Notes: generated from the letters alone by a model not told the origin. 64,000 bases of DNA from Bacteroidales bacterium UBA5072 (GCA_002415855.1 DIAS01000068.1:6484-70483); one strand, 5' to 3'; positions 10,085 to 20,406 are shown, counted from the stretch's first letter. Program-made: numbers and translations.

Positions 10085-11536
10085 ATGAACTGGATATTGC
10101 TATCCGAAATTTGCTATTCGACAATTGTATTTCTGGTTTGCCTGCGTATCATTTATGATACACGCAGCTCAAGCAAAACCCTCGCCTATCTGCTACTGGC
10201 CATTTTTGTCCCGGTTGGCGGAATGGCTTTTTATTTCATATTCGGCATTAATTACCGCAAGCGCATCATTTACAGTAAAAAATTGGTGGCAGATGAGGTA
10301 ATGCTGAAGGAGTTGGACAGAAGGGTAATTTCCATGTCGGCCAGGAACCTCAAAAGGAACATATATGATGTCAGAAGCGCCGGAAGCCTGGTAACACTGA
10401 TCATGAACGACAGCCTGAGTCCGCTTACCGGTGGAAATGTTGTTAAACTGCTGATAAACGGGGAGGAGAAATTCCCGGAGGTGTTAGCTGCTCTTTTACA
10501 GGCAGAACATCACATCCATCTGGAATATTACATTTACGAAGATGATGTGATTGGCAACCGGATCAAGGATGTCCTTATTCAAAAAGCATTGGAAGGCATT
10601 GAGGTTCGGCTTATTTATGATGATTTTGGCAGCAGTTCCCTGCGTGGAAAACTTTTGCATGAATTAAAGGAAGCAGGTGTAGAAGCTCATCCATTCAACC
10701 GTATCCGGTTTCTGTTGCTTGCCAACAGGATCAATTACAGGAACCACCGGAAAATTATCATTGTGGATGGCAAATGTGGATTTGTTGGCGGTATCAACAT
10801 CAGCGACCGGTACATCAACACCGTCGGGGAAAAATCCCGGCAGTACTGGAGGGACACCCATCTGCGGATCGATGGACCAGGCATCATGTATTTGCAGCAT
10901 ATTTTTCTGTGCGACTGGAACTTTTGTTCGGATCAGAAGATCCAGCCTGAACATCACTATTTTGACACTGCTCCAATGCATGCCTCCAATACCAGCGTTC
11001 AAATTGCTGCAAGCGGACCGGATTCCCCAGCCTCAACCATCAAACTGTCATTCCTGAAAGCCATTAACCTGGCACAGCATGAAATCCTGCTTACCACTCC
11101 CTATCTGATCCCTGGTGGAAGTATTATGGATGCGCTGAAGATATCCGCCCTGGGTGGGGTCAAGGTTAAAATTCTCGTTCCCGGAATATCTGATTCACGA
11201 CTGGTGAATGCGGCAGCATGGTCGAATTATGGTGAATTGCTGAAATCAGGTGTGGAAATATTCACCTACCACAAGGGATTCATCCATGCCAAGACCATGG
11301 TGGTGGATGGCTATATTGCAGTAGTGGGTACGGCAAACATGGATCACAGGAGCTTTGACCTGAATTTTGAGGTCAATGCTATTGTCTATTCTGTTGAATT
11401 TGGCGAACAACTGCGCAAGTCGTTCTATAACGACCTTTCAGATGCAGTAACAGTTCGTTATGAACGTTGGAAATCAAGGCCTGTATATGTAAAGCTGGCT
11501 GAAAGAACTGCCAGGCTTTTATCGCCGCTTCTGTAA
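10085..11536 (+). CDS. cls: Cardiolipin synthase (phospholipase D superfamily)
   Basis: Two N-terminal TM helices and two HKD motifs (HRKIIIVDG...GGINISD and HAKTMVVDG...GTANMD). Confidence 0.9.
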   Translation: MNWILLSEICYSTIVFLVCLRIIYDTRSSSKTLAYLLLAIFVPVGGMAFYFIFGINYRKRIIYSKKLVADEVMLKELDRRVISMSARNLKRNIYDVRSAGSLVTLIMNDSLSPLTGGNVVKLLINGEEKFPEVLAALLQAEHHIHLEYYIYEDDVIGNRIKDVLIQKALEGIEVRLIYDDFGSSSLRGKLLHELKEAGVEAHPFNRIRFLLLANRINYRNHRKIIIVDGKCGFVGGINISDRYINTVGEKSRQYWRDTHLRIDGPGIMYLQHIFLCDWNFCSDQKIQPEHHYFDTAPMHASNTSVQIAASGPDSPASTIKLSFLKAINLAQHEILLTTPYLIPGGSIMDALKISALGGVKVKILVPGISDSRLVNAAAWSNYGELLKSGVEIFTYHKGFIHAKTMVVDGYIAVVGTANMDHRSFDLNFEVNAIVYSVEFGEQLRKSFYNDLSDAVTVRYERWKSRPVYVKLAERTARLLSPLL

Positions 11537-11575
11537 ATCCTTTTAATACCTGGATCAGCTCATCAGAAAGATTTC

Positions 11576-14500
11576 CTATTGATTTATCACCAGCTTAACA
11601 TTGTATATTTTTATCCCTGATCTTAATCTCAGGATATATACCCCATCAGGCAGTTCACTTATTTCCATGGTCCCATCCGGCAATGGATCAACTTTCATGA
11701 CAATCTCACCGTACATATTGACAATCTCGACAGAATATCCATGATGAAGATCGCCAGCAGGGCTGAGCGTAATGAAAGTACTTGCAGGATTCGGAAATAC
11801 ATCAGGATGAATTCCATCGAATTTCTGAACGGCTGTAATATTCGTGACGGTTGCGGTCATGGTATCCATGCAAGGGGATATATCCCCCACGGTTACCAGA
11901 TATTCACCTTCGGGTAAACCTGCGAATTCGTTGCTTTGCTGGAAAATTCCGTTATTCAGGGCGTATTTCAATCCTCCGACTGCAGATGTTGCATGAACTA
12001 CGATCTTCCCATCATTTCCTGCCGATTCCGGGACTATATCCAGTGATTGAATTACCGGCGACGGATAAAGGGCAGACATGAACGTGACCGTATCTTTCAG
12101 ATCACCGGGAGCGACAGCAATTACCATGATTTGTGCTTCACCAACCGGTTGATCAGGTTCCAGCGTGATGAGGCGTGAATTTCCTTCCCCGATAAATACA
12201 ATGTGCTCACTGGCTATAAATGTTTCATTGTCTGATATGCCAATGAATTCAACCTCATCGGGACTAAAGAATTCAAAATTCAGGAGTATCTCAGGCATTC
12301 CGTCTCCCTCACAAATCTCCTGGTCTTTAATGGCTTCAATTACCGGTGGTCCAAAGCACAATGCCGCAAGCGGGATATAAACCCTCGCGGCACCTGCCGA
12401 TTTTACTGTTATGCTGTCGTGGTACTCTTTTGCTACCTCAGGCTCAAAAAGTATTACCACCAAAGTTGGTTCGATATGATGATTCGTCAATCCAATTATC
12501 ACGGAGTCGCTGAATACGGGATTCTCACCCGGGGCTATTGCCAGTTTGAAACCCTCCGGGGCTTTCAATACAATTGGACTCATGAGGTTGTTCCCCGAAA
12601 CAATAGTCTCGCGAACCGACTGGTGACCAAGAGGGGTCGGATCAAAAAATCCGGGAAGTTGATTGATGAGAAGTGACGGAGGAAGCTCCGCAACCGTGAA
12701 AGCAACGGAGAATTCCGAAGTATTTCCCTCTGCATCAGTAGCATTTGCGGTAATATGGTTGTAAGGTCCGATAATGGTGCCGTTCCAGGTGAAATTACCA
12801 CTGGCATCCGCTGTGGTTTCACCCTGGAAGACAGCACCTTCATCTTCAGGATCAGAGAATATTTCGATTTTTGCATCCGGCAATCCTGAACCCTTCACCC
12901 ATTCAGGCGTTACATCTTCAACTACAGGTGACTCCAGCTCATGATTACCGCCAGATTCATTATCAATGCCAGCCTGGGTATTGGTTGAGATAAGGTTATG
13001 TGTGATAGTATTTCTGACTGCCTGGGAACCCTCTACTTTAATTCCAGAGCCACCGCTATTTCCAATGAGGTTTCCCTGAACCAGGTTATTGTATGAACCA
13101 TCAGCCATCATAATACCTGATTCATTATTGCCCAGGGTAAGCAACCACCCGGGATCGGTGCCAATCCAGTTCTGGGCTATTAAATTATCATGACATTGAT
13201 TGAGATAAATGCCGTAATTGTTCCCGCTAATATGGTTGTCAACAATTACATTTTCAAAACTTCCGCGTTGAATATGTATCCCTCCATAATTTCCGTTTGG
13301 GATGGCTTTGCTTTCAGTACGGTCCATGCCCACAATATTATTGAGAACAGCATTGTGATAACAGGTATCGTGAATTCCAATTCCAACAAAATTATTGCCC
13401 GAGATTACATTTCTGCATGTATCATAGTGAGAAATGACAACATTTTCGGTGCTGTCGTACAAAATGATGCCATAATCATTGCCTGCAGGCGCCGTGGCGG
13501 AATAATTTGTTCCAATATAGCACCCAGCAATACGTCCACCCTTAACACCTGCCATAACAATACCACATCGGAAATGATTTATCGTTAGTCCCAGAATTTC
13601 TGCATGATTTGTCCTTAAGAACAATCCATCCGTATTTGGTGAGGCATCTGTTCCGGAAATTTGAATCTCAGGACCGTAAGGGTTGGTATCCTCACCCAGA
13701 AATTCTCGCTGTGAGAAACCATCTATGACAATACCTCCTTCCGTCATGGCCTGAAAAAAACTTTTGGGTGAAATGGTCCAAATGCCGGTTGCGGCATCAT
13801 AGCCCGGATCAGATTTGGGAATATTGAAGCGAATGGTATCATAGCCCGGCTGTATTTCTGCCCGGTATATTGCTTCACCAAGCGAACCTGGTCCGGTTTC
13901 CTGTGTGTTGGTCACTACAATGCTGCTGGTTCCGGGACCGGTTGAGGACATCATGATTGAAAAAACGGACAGATGGTCTGTCTGCCCATTGATCATGTTA
14001 TTCTGAACATCCAGGTTGGTTGTTATATCTTCCCAAGCGGATCCGACGGGATTAAAGGCATATAATTTCAAGGCCATTTCCTGGTCCGGACCGATTCCTG
14101 CATCACTGTACCCTATGAACAGTTGAATACCTCCGGCAGAGGTTGCAGTTGTATTGATCTCATAATAATTGGGCAAGCCCTCCGGAATAACCAGCATGCC
14201 TTCAGGAGGTAAAGGACCAACTGGCTGGATTAAGGCTTCAGTATTACCGGGATTAATTACCTCATTGAAGGTGATGCCGACACCGCTGCCTAAATCCACC
14301 TGGACGTTACTTCCGGCTAAAGTGTTGGTCGTTGTTGTTGATGAAATGGTAAACGGAGCATCACTTATATCATTTAATGCGGAATTTGAAGCATCAGAGA
14401 TCCTTACCAGACAATTGTTTGAAGGTGTATTGGGAACTGTCCAGGCGTAGGAGGTGGAAGTTGAATATGAGTTTTCAATGACCGAATATCCCGCTCCCCC

Positions 14501-15577
14501 GTTTGTTGAATATTCAATCTTAACAGGTCCGTTGAACAGATAATTATGCCAGACAATGTAATGAAGACTGCCCACAGTCCAATTCTCATTTCCGTCAGGT
14601 ACATCAACAGTTATCTTTTTATCCGCGGTTATTGCAAACACGCTGTTGCTGACATCGGAGATCTGAGGATTTTGCATTGAAATGCGCACAAGGCATTGCG
14701 TGGAGGCAGCATTTGGAACATCCCAAAGATATGAACCGGAACTGCCGTAATGTGTTACATAGGTGATGAAATTATAAGTGCTGCCATTATCAGTTGAGTA
14801 TTCCAGCTTAAAATCCTTGTCATTTATGTTGGTGGCGGTCCATGTAATGTAATGTGGTGTTTCAGCAGCCCACGACTGTCCTCCGTTGGGATTTGTCAGG
14901 GTTACAGAAGATGTTGATCCGCCGCTTCCGCCAATGGCAGTAACGTTATCAATACTCCAGGCGCCACGGTACCAGCATTCAGCCATGGAAGCATCACCCG
15001 GACCGATAATCCTTATCCTTACATGCTTGACCTTGTATTTTGAAGTATTATTGAGCCAGCTTGCGTTCCATGTAATCTGGTAAAGCTGGCTGAATGTTTT
15101 TATTTCATGAAAAACAAAATCGGTGCCATCATGCTCGGCATAAAGTTTTTCTTTGTTGCCATCAGAAAGATCTATGACTTTCACCTGCAACTGCACATAA
15201 AAGAGACCCGGAAAATCACCCCAGCAAGGTGTATACAGAAGACGCGTCACATCAACACTGAATCCGCTGATGCCCTGCCAGTCGGTATTGGTTGAAAGGT
15301 CAGGAGATTGGAGATAAATGTCATTTTCATCCGCACTTCCAATGAGCAATGCACTGGTGTAGGCCGACAATGCATTGGACGTGTTCATGAGCGTGTACCC
15401 GGACAATGGTGAAAACTTTGTCTGGCTGCTGGATAGATACATCTGATCAAGTGTCCAGCCCTGTGTGGTGCCGTCATTAAAGTTGAATACTCCTGCTCCA
15501 AGAGTTTTAACATTAAAACAGGTGAGCCATATACCATTCATAATCAAAATGGTAATGATCAAATTCCTTTTATTCAT
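11576..15577 (-). CDS. Large secreted beta-helix (PbH1/NosD-like repeat) protein with Ig-like repeats and a T9SS C-terminal sorting domain
   Basis: The ORF runs 11576..15640. The likely start is Met22 at 15577 (MNKRNLIITILIMNG... signal), preceded by GGAGG. There are two about 95-aa tandem repeats (..YITWTATN..EYSTDNGSTY..CLVRIS / ..YIVWHNY..EYSTNGGAGY..CLVRIS). Multiple parallel beta-helix repeats follow (NNIVGM, DNHISGNNYGIYL, QGNLIGNSGGSGI). The C-terminus FPNPASTFITLS...GVYILRLRSG...VKLVINQ is typical of a Por/T9SS CTD. Confidence 0.8.
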   Translation of the reverse strand: MNKRNLIITILIMNGIWLTCFNVKTLGAGVFNFNDGTTQGWTLDQMYLSSSQTKFSPLSGYTLMNTSNALSAYTSALLIGSADENDIYLQSPDLSTNTDWQGISGFSVDVTRLLYTPCWGDFPGLFYVQLQVKVIDLSDGNKEKLYAEHDGTDFVFHEIKTFSQLYQITWNASWLNNTSKYKVKHVRIRIIGPGDASMAECWYRGAWSIDNVTAIGGSGGSTSSVTLTNPNGGQSWAAETPHYITWTATNINDKDFKLEYSTDNGSTYNFITYVTHYGSSGSYLWDVPNAASTQCLVRISMQNPQISDVSNSVFAITADKKITVDVPDGNENWTVGSLHYIVWHNYLFNGPVKIEYSTNGGAGYSVIENSYSTSTSYAWTVPNTPSNNCLVRISDASNSALNDISDAPFTISSTTTTNTLAGSNVQVDLGSGVGITFNEVINPGNTEALIQPVGPLPPEGMLVIPEGLPNYYEINTTATSAGGIQLFIGYSDAGIGPDQEMALKLYAFNPVGSAWEDITTNLDVQNNMINGQTDHLSVFSIMMSSTGPGTSSIVVTNTQETGPGSLGEAIYRAEIQPGYDTIRFNIPKSDPGYDAATGIWTISPKSFFQAMTEGGIVIDGFSQREFLGEDTNPYGPEIQISGTDASPNTDGLFLRTNHAEILGLTINHFRCGIVMAGVKGGRIAGCYIGTNYSATAPAGNDYGIILYDSTENVVISHYDTCRNVISGNNFVGIGIHDTCYHNAVLNNIVGMDRTESKAIPNGNYGGIHIQRGSFENVIVDNHISGNNYGIYLNQCHDNLIAQNWIGTDPGWLLTLGNNESGIMMADGSYNNLVQGNLIGNSGGSGIKVEGSQAVRNTITHNLISTNTQAGIDNESGGNHELESPVVEDVTPEWVKGSGLPDAKIEIFSDPEDEGAVFQGETTADASGNFTWNGTIIGPYNHITANATDAEGNTSEFSVAFTVAELPPSLLINQLPGFFDPTPLGHQSVRETIVSGNNLMSPIVLKAPEGFKLAIAPGENPVFSDSVIIGLTNHHIEPTLVVILFEPEVAKEYHDSITVKSAGAARVYIPLAALCFGPPVIEAIKDQEICEGDGMPEILLNFEFFSPDEVEFIGISDNETFIASEHIVFIGEGNSRLITLEPDQPVGEAQIMVIAVAPGDLKDTVTFMSALYPSPVIQSLDIVPESAGNDGKIVVHATSAVGGLKYALNNGIFQQSNEFAGLPEGEYLVTVGDISPCMDTMTATVTNITAVQKFDGIHPDVFPNPASTFITLSPAGDLHHGYSVEIVNMYGEIVMKVDPLPDGTMEISELPDGVYILRLRSGIKIYNVKLVINQ

Positions 15578-15925
15578 TGTTAATCCTCCGATTTGGTTTA
15601 AGGATCCTTTTGGTAAATACCCTTTTAAATATTGATTCACAAATTTTCATGAAGTAAAAATCGGTTGTTGCTGGAATTTCATTTTTTACATTTGGTTCTC
15701 AAACCAAAAAGGAATATACACAACAGATTTTTGATCCTGCAAGTGAAACCTGGGAGTGTCCTGTCCTTCTTTTGCATAATACTCCAGCAAAAGCAAGTAA
15801 GGAATGGGAAGATGAATCTTAATAATGAGCGATTAAGTTAGTGAATAAGAGCACTAAAGTCAAGTTTTTACCGCGTATTTTGATAAATCAGATTCAGTTG
15901 ATGGCGAAGAGGTAATAAATCCTGC

Positions 15926-15969
15926 AAAATAAAAAACCACTTACCCGGTTTTATCCTTGCAAGTGGTTT
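15926..15969 (-). terminator. Intrinsic terminator downstream of tRNA-Val(TAC)
   Basis: On the minus strand there is a 9-bp perfect stem, AAACCACTT (15961-15969) / AAGTGGTTT (15934-15942), with an 18-nt loop. It is followed by TTTTTTATTTT. Confidence 0.55.
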
Positions 15970-15979
15970 ATTATCAGGG

Positions 15980-16054
15980 TGGGCACTGTTGGAGTCGAAC
16001 CAACGACCCTCTGCTTGTAAGGCAGATGCTCTGAACCAACTGAGCTAAGCGCCC
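15980..16054 (-). tRNA. tRNA-Val (anticodon TAC)
   Basis: Reverse complement is GGGCGCTTAGCTCAGTTGGTTCAGAGCATCTGCCTTACAAGCAGAGGGTCGTTGGTTCGACTCCAACAGTGCCCA. It folds as a cloverleaf with a 7-bp acceptor stem (one G-U), anticodon stem TCTGC/GCAGA, loop CTTACAA and a GGTTCGA T-loop. CCA is not encoded. Confidence 0.93.
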
Positions 16055-16076
16055 TTTTCCTTTTTCTAAGGGATTG

Positions 16077-16084
16077 CAAATATA
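16077..16084 (-). promoter_or_regulatory. Bacteroidota -7 promoter box (TATATTTG) for tRNA-Val(TAC)
   Basis: The minus-strand sequence TATATTTG matches the TAnnTTTG consensus. It lies 23 nt upstream of the tRNA 5' end. Confidence 0.5.
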
Positions 16085-16499
16085 TACCTCATTTTGAAAA
16101 TTGCAAAATATTTCGGATAGAATTCATGTTAACTTTGCATGAATTATCCAAAGATTGTTTCCATAGCGCTCAGGCTTGACAGAAATAAAGTACTTTGTTA
16201 GAAAGTCAGTGGACATAAAACATAAAATTAAAGCGGATTTAATGAATCAGGTTCCGGGATTTGAATTCTATTTCCAGGCCATTACCCACCCAAGAGGGGC
16301 TGTGCCTTTCCTGCGTTGACTTTTTTCTTAATTTTGAAAGAGATACAGGGTAAGCAGGGAAAAGTCCGGGAAGGTGTGGCATAGTCAATCATGGAGAAAA
16401 TCCTGTTCCATACGCATGTTAGTGGGAAGTGTCTGTGAACCTGAAGCAATCGAACAGGGTATATAGATAAATGGTAAATAACAATTTAAAACCAAAAGT

Positions 16500-17003
16500 A
16501 TGGCAACAATTTTAAGAAATGATAAGAGAGCGTTTAAGGAAGATCCTAACAAGATCGACAAATTCCGCTTATTTTCAGATGTTTCAAGAAAAACAAAGGG
16601 AGTAATCCCAAAAAACCTGAACTTCGATCTGAGGCTATTAAATCCGGGGCAGTTTTCTGCACCCTATCATTTTCATCGCTATGCTGAAGAACTGTTTATG
16701 ATCGTATCCGGCTCCATGACGCTGAGAACACCGGATGGATTTGAGGTTGTACAGGGCGGAGATTTAATATTTTTTGACATGGGAGAGACCGGAGCTCATC
16801 AATTTTTCAATCATGGAACAGAACCATGTATATATCTTGATATCAGAACATTTATCGGCTATGATGTGTGTGAATATCCAGACTCCGGAAAAATACTGCT
16901 GGCACCGTCATTTGAGATATTCAACAAGAAATCCGAAGTTAGTTATTTCGAAGGTGAAGAGAATGTTTTGGAAAAATGGGATCAAGTTAAAAACAATCCA
17001 TAA
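16500..17003 (+). CDS. Cupin domain protein
   Basis: 167 aa with cupin metal-site-like motifs (YHFHRYAEELFMIVSGS ... GETGAHQFFNHG). Confidence 0.7.
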   Translation: MATILRNDKRAFKEDPNKIDKFRLFSDVSRKTKGVIPKNLNFDLRLLNPGQFSAPYHFHRYAEELFMIVSGSMTLRTPDGFEVVQGGDLIFFDMGETGAHQFFNHGTEPCIYLDIRTFIGYDVCEYPDSGKILLAPSFEIFNKKSEVSYFEGEENVLEKWDQVKNNP

Positions 17004-17027
17004 CCCCTGCCAACCTGATAATTAAGC

Positions 17028-17570
17028 TTGATGATGCAAACGGACAGAAGCGTTATTCTCTATATAGCAGTTAGTTTAGATGGTTACATTGCCAGTTTAA
17101 ATGATGATCTAAACTTCTTAGACCTGGTTCAGAAAGACGGGGAAGACTATGGTTATGCTGATTTTATTAAAACCATTGACACTGTAATTATTGGCAGAAA
17201 GACCTATGATTGGGTTATAAAACAGGTTTCATATTTTCCTCACGCCGATTTAAATACCTTTGTTATCACGCATCAAAAACGACCGACTTTGGGCAGGACA
17301 GAATTTTATTCCGGGAACCTGAAAGAACTTATCTTAAACCTGAAAAGCCAGCAGGGCAAAAACATTTTCTGTGATGGCGGAGCAGAAGTTGTAAATGAGC
17401 TGTTAAAGTATAATTTAGTAGATGAATTTATCCTATCAGTAACGCCGATTCTTTTAGGCAGCGGAAAAAGACTTTTTGGTGATGGACGACCTGAACAAAA
17501 GCTTTTACTGATTAACACAAAACAGTTTGAAACGGGACTGGTACAATTACATTATCAGGTAACCAATTGA
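17028..17570 (+). CDS. Dihydrofolate reductase-family protein (RibD C-terminal domain type)
   Basis: 180 aa with ILYIAVSLDGYIA, DTVIIGRKTY and GGAEVVNELLKYNLVDEFILSVTPILLGSGKRLF, typical of the RibD_C/DHFR-like fold. Confidence 0.75.
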   Translation: MMMQTDRSVILYIAVSLDGYIASLNDDLNFLDLVQKDGEDYGYADFIKTIDTVIIGRKTYDWVIKQVSYFPHADLNTFVITHQKRPTLGRTEFYSGNLKELILNLKSQQGKNIFCDGGAEVVNELLKYNLVDEFILSVTPILLGSGKRLFGDGRPEQKLLLINTKQFETGLVQLHYQVTN

Positions 17571-17684
17571 GGATTAATAGGCCACCTGCTGACAGCACAT
17601 ATTGACGATTACTCCTGATGCTACCCATTGAAAAATCGCGACAGGCGGTGAGCTTCCTGCATCAGACTTAGACATCAAAGTAAC

Positions 17685-19649
17685 ATGAAAACCAAAATCT
17701 TTGTATTAACGGGCCTTTTTCTGTTGATCTACAACGCCTCTGCTACCAACTATTATATCAGCAACAATGGCAATGACAATAATAACGGCCACAGCAAACA
17801 ATCAGCCTGGAAAACCATAGCCAAAGTCAATGCAACAGCATTGTACGCCGGTGACTCGGTTTTATTTCAAAGAGGAGGAACCTGGCGGGAGGAACTGCTT
17901 ATACAATATAGCGGAACAGAGCAAAGTTACATTGTGTATTCAGCTTATGGTACAGGCCATAAACCCCGCATTCTGGGATCGGACAGATCAGACGCATGGA
18001 CCGAGATACAATCCAACATATGGCAATCAACAAGTGTATTGGCTGCTCCACGGCAAAGAACCGGAAATGCGACAACAAATCATCCTGCAAGTATTTTCTT
18101 TGGTGAGAAGGATGGTAGTATAACATGGGGGAACATGGAAAATATTCATTTGAATAGCGAAGGGGCCCCGACAGATATTTGTGAGTGTACCCGAGACAAT
18201 GGTTTTGCCCTGTTGGACAAAGAGCATGACTGGTGCTGGGAAGCCAACCACATCTATGTGTTCTCAACTCAAAATCCGGCTGAGAGATATGATTTTATTG
18301 AAGTGCCGCAAAGAGTTTCCGCTATAAAAATGGAATCTCATAATGCCCAACAATATATAAAGATCGAAAACCTGGAGCTTATGTTTGCTTTAAAATATGG
18401 ATTTGACGGGGGTTGGCCCATGGCTTATGAAAAAAGAGGATTGCAGATAAAATACTGTCATATCGGATATATGGGTACCAAAGGAGCTGCTTCGGCAATA
18501 GGGCTGCAAGTTTGGCATTCGGATATGCTAATTCAGGGAAATGATATACACGACTGCGGAAGACGTAATATTTCGTACAATGTATATGCCGACACCCGTA
18601 CATCAAGCCTGGTATTTGAGAATGTTGTTTTTGACGGGAACAATTTGCACAATGGCTATCATACCACCGGTGTTGATATTTACGGCGGTTATTCCGATGA
18701 ATTCAGAAATTTTGTAATTAAGAATAACTACATATGGGATAATCCGGAAGATGATCCTGCAAACCAACCCAACGATTTTACCAGTATGGGAACCTATCTG
18801 GCATCAGGGAATGCTACTTTTGACGGATTTAAAGTGTATAACAATGTATTCAGCTTCATCAAGCAAAAGCACATTGTTGCAGACAATTTAAAGAATTCTT
18901 TTGTTGTCAATAATACCTTTTATGGCATGAATCTTCGTGCCGGAGGTTCAGGATACCGTGCCATGATTTCTGTTTCGGCAGATCCAGAAAACTTTGTAAT
19001 TGACAATAACATTTTCTACGGCAATGTCAAAGACGAATATGTGCTCTCTGCAGTCACCTTTTCCGATGATTCTCATTTGGGTACTAGCATGAATAACAAT
19101 CTCTTTTATCAGGAAGATCCCTCCCAACGCATTGTTACGATTAACGTCAGCGGCAATAGCTATAGAATGGCCCAATGGGAAGAGTACAAATCCGGGACGG
19201 GATGGGATGCTGATTCTCCGGCCCCATCCAATCCATTATTTATGAATGCCCCTGATGATCTGAGTTTAAGCCCGAACTCTCCTGCCATAAATGCAGCAGT
19301 TTATTATCCGGAAATAACTACAGATATTCTCGGAATCAGGAGGAATCCAACTCCCTGTATTGGTGCCTATGAATATAATGGTTTGTCTGGAATGCGGGAT
19401 ACAGATAACAATACTGATCTTTTTGTTATTTATCCGAATCCGACAAACGGTATTATAGGATTTGCAGGTAAATCAAACAAATGGATTGAGAACATTACTA
19501 TTTTGGATATTACAGGCAAAACAATTCTTGAGAGAACGGATATGCATCAAAACCAAGTAATTGATATATCAGATTTTGAAAAAGGCATGTATATTGTCAA
19601 GCTGAAAACAGGAAAGGAAACAATTGCTGTAAAAATAGTCAAGGAATAA
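17685..19649 (+). CDS. Right-handed parallel beta-helix protein with a T9SS C-terminal sorting domain
   Basis: 654 aa with a signal peptide and an N-terminus YYISNNGNDNNNGHS typical of pectate-lyase-fold proteins. The C-terminus is IYPNPTNGIIGF...GMYIVKLKTG...VKIVKE. Confidence 0.75.
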   Translation: MKTKIFVLTGLFLLIYNASATNYYISNNGNDNNNGHSKQSAWKTIAKVNATALYAGDSVLFQRGGTWREELLIQYSGTEQSYIVYSAYGTGHKPRILGSDRSDAWTEIQSNIWQSTSVLAAPRQRTGNATTNHPASIFFGEKDGSITWGNMENIHLNSEGAPTDICECTRDNGFALLDKEHDWCWEANHIYVFSTQNPAERYDFIEVPQRVSAIKMESHNAQQYIKIENLELMFALKYGFDGGWPMAYEKRGLQIKYCHIGYMGTKGAASAIGLQVWHSDMLIQGNDIHDCGRRNISYNVYADTRTSSLVFENVVFDGNNLHNGYHTTGVDIYGGYSDEFRNFVIKNNYIWDNPEDDPANQPNDFTSMGTYLASGNATFDGFKVYNNVFSFIKQKHIVADNLKNSFVVNNTFYGMNLRAGGSGYRAMISVSADPENFVIDNNIFYGNVKDEYVLSAVTFSDDSHLGTSMNNNLFYQEDPSQRIVTINVSGNSYRMAQWEEYKSGTGWDADSPAPSNPLFMNAPDDLSLSPNSPAINAAVYYPEITTDILGIRRNPTPCIGAYEYNGLSGMRDTDNNTDLFVIYPNPTNGIIGFAGKSNKWIENITILDITGKTILERTDMHQNQVIDISDFEKGMYIVKLKTGKETIAVKIVKE

Positions 19650-19662
19650 AAAAATTTTAAAA

Positions 19663-20406
19663 ATGGTACAGGCAATGTCGCGATCCGTGTATCAAAAGAT
19701 ACGAAAACCTGTAGTAATAACGACGGCAATATTGTTTCATTTGCTGTTAATCTTTCATTTGTTATTCTCCCCGGTGATAATTGTAATGGCATCCTACAAA
19801 GGAATTATAAATGCCAGTTTTGTCGTTTTTGCTTTAATTATCCTATTATCACTTTTCTTTGGCAGAGCGTATTGTTCATGGTTTTGCCCGGGATGTGGTG
19901 TACAGGAGATCATGTCATTTTTCATTAAAAAGAAATCCAAAAACACTAAAGCTTTATACATCAAGTATTTTCTTTTCACTATCTGGATAGGGGCAATAAC
20001 GGCAGGTTACACTTTAAATGGACTAAATAAGATAGATTTGGCTTATGGGATGTCAGATATTTCTTTTGCACGAAAGATAGTCCTTACACTCGGGGCAATC
20101 GTGATAATTGTTCCCTTAACAGCTATTTTCGGACAGTTTGCTTCCTGCAAATATATTTGTTGGCAGGCCCCTTTTATGATTATTGGAACGAAAATTCGGG
20201 ACTATTTTCATTTTCGCGGCTTGCGATTGCACGTTCATGCAGAAAACTGCAGGAACTGTAAGATCTGCAATTTTAAATGCCCTATGAATATCGATGTAAT
20301 GGGGCATGTGAAAAAGAACAGCATGAATAATTCAGAATGCATATTATGTGGCAACTGTATAGATAGCTGCAAACATAATGTGATCAGGTATGCCATTACA
20401 AAATAG
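19663..20406 (+). CDS. Membrane-bound 4Fe-4S ferredoxin-type protein (NapH/MauN-like architecture)
   Basis: Several TM helices plus Cys motifs CSWFCPGCG, CRNCKICNFKCP and CILCGNCIDSC. Confidence 0.7.
   Translation: MVQAMSRSVYQKIRKPVVITTAILFHLLLIFHLLFSPVIIVMASYKGIINASFVVFALIILLSLFFGRAYCSWFCPGCGVQEIMSFFIKKKSKNTKALYIKYFLFTIWIGAITAGYTLNGLNKIDLAYGMSDISFARKIVLTLGAIVIIVPLTAIFGQFASCKYICWQAPFMIIGTKIRDYFHFRGLRLHVHAENCRNCKICNFKCPMNIDVMGHVKKNSMNNSECILCGNCIDSCKHNVIRYAITK

Noticed and set aside
15926-16084. tRNA-Val loci (also 45290..45364) as integration sites of mobile elements.
   Set aside because: There is no integrase or recombinase gene, no duplicated tRNA 3' fragment, and no obvious compositional break in the adjacent sequence that I could see.
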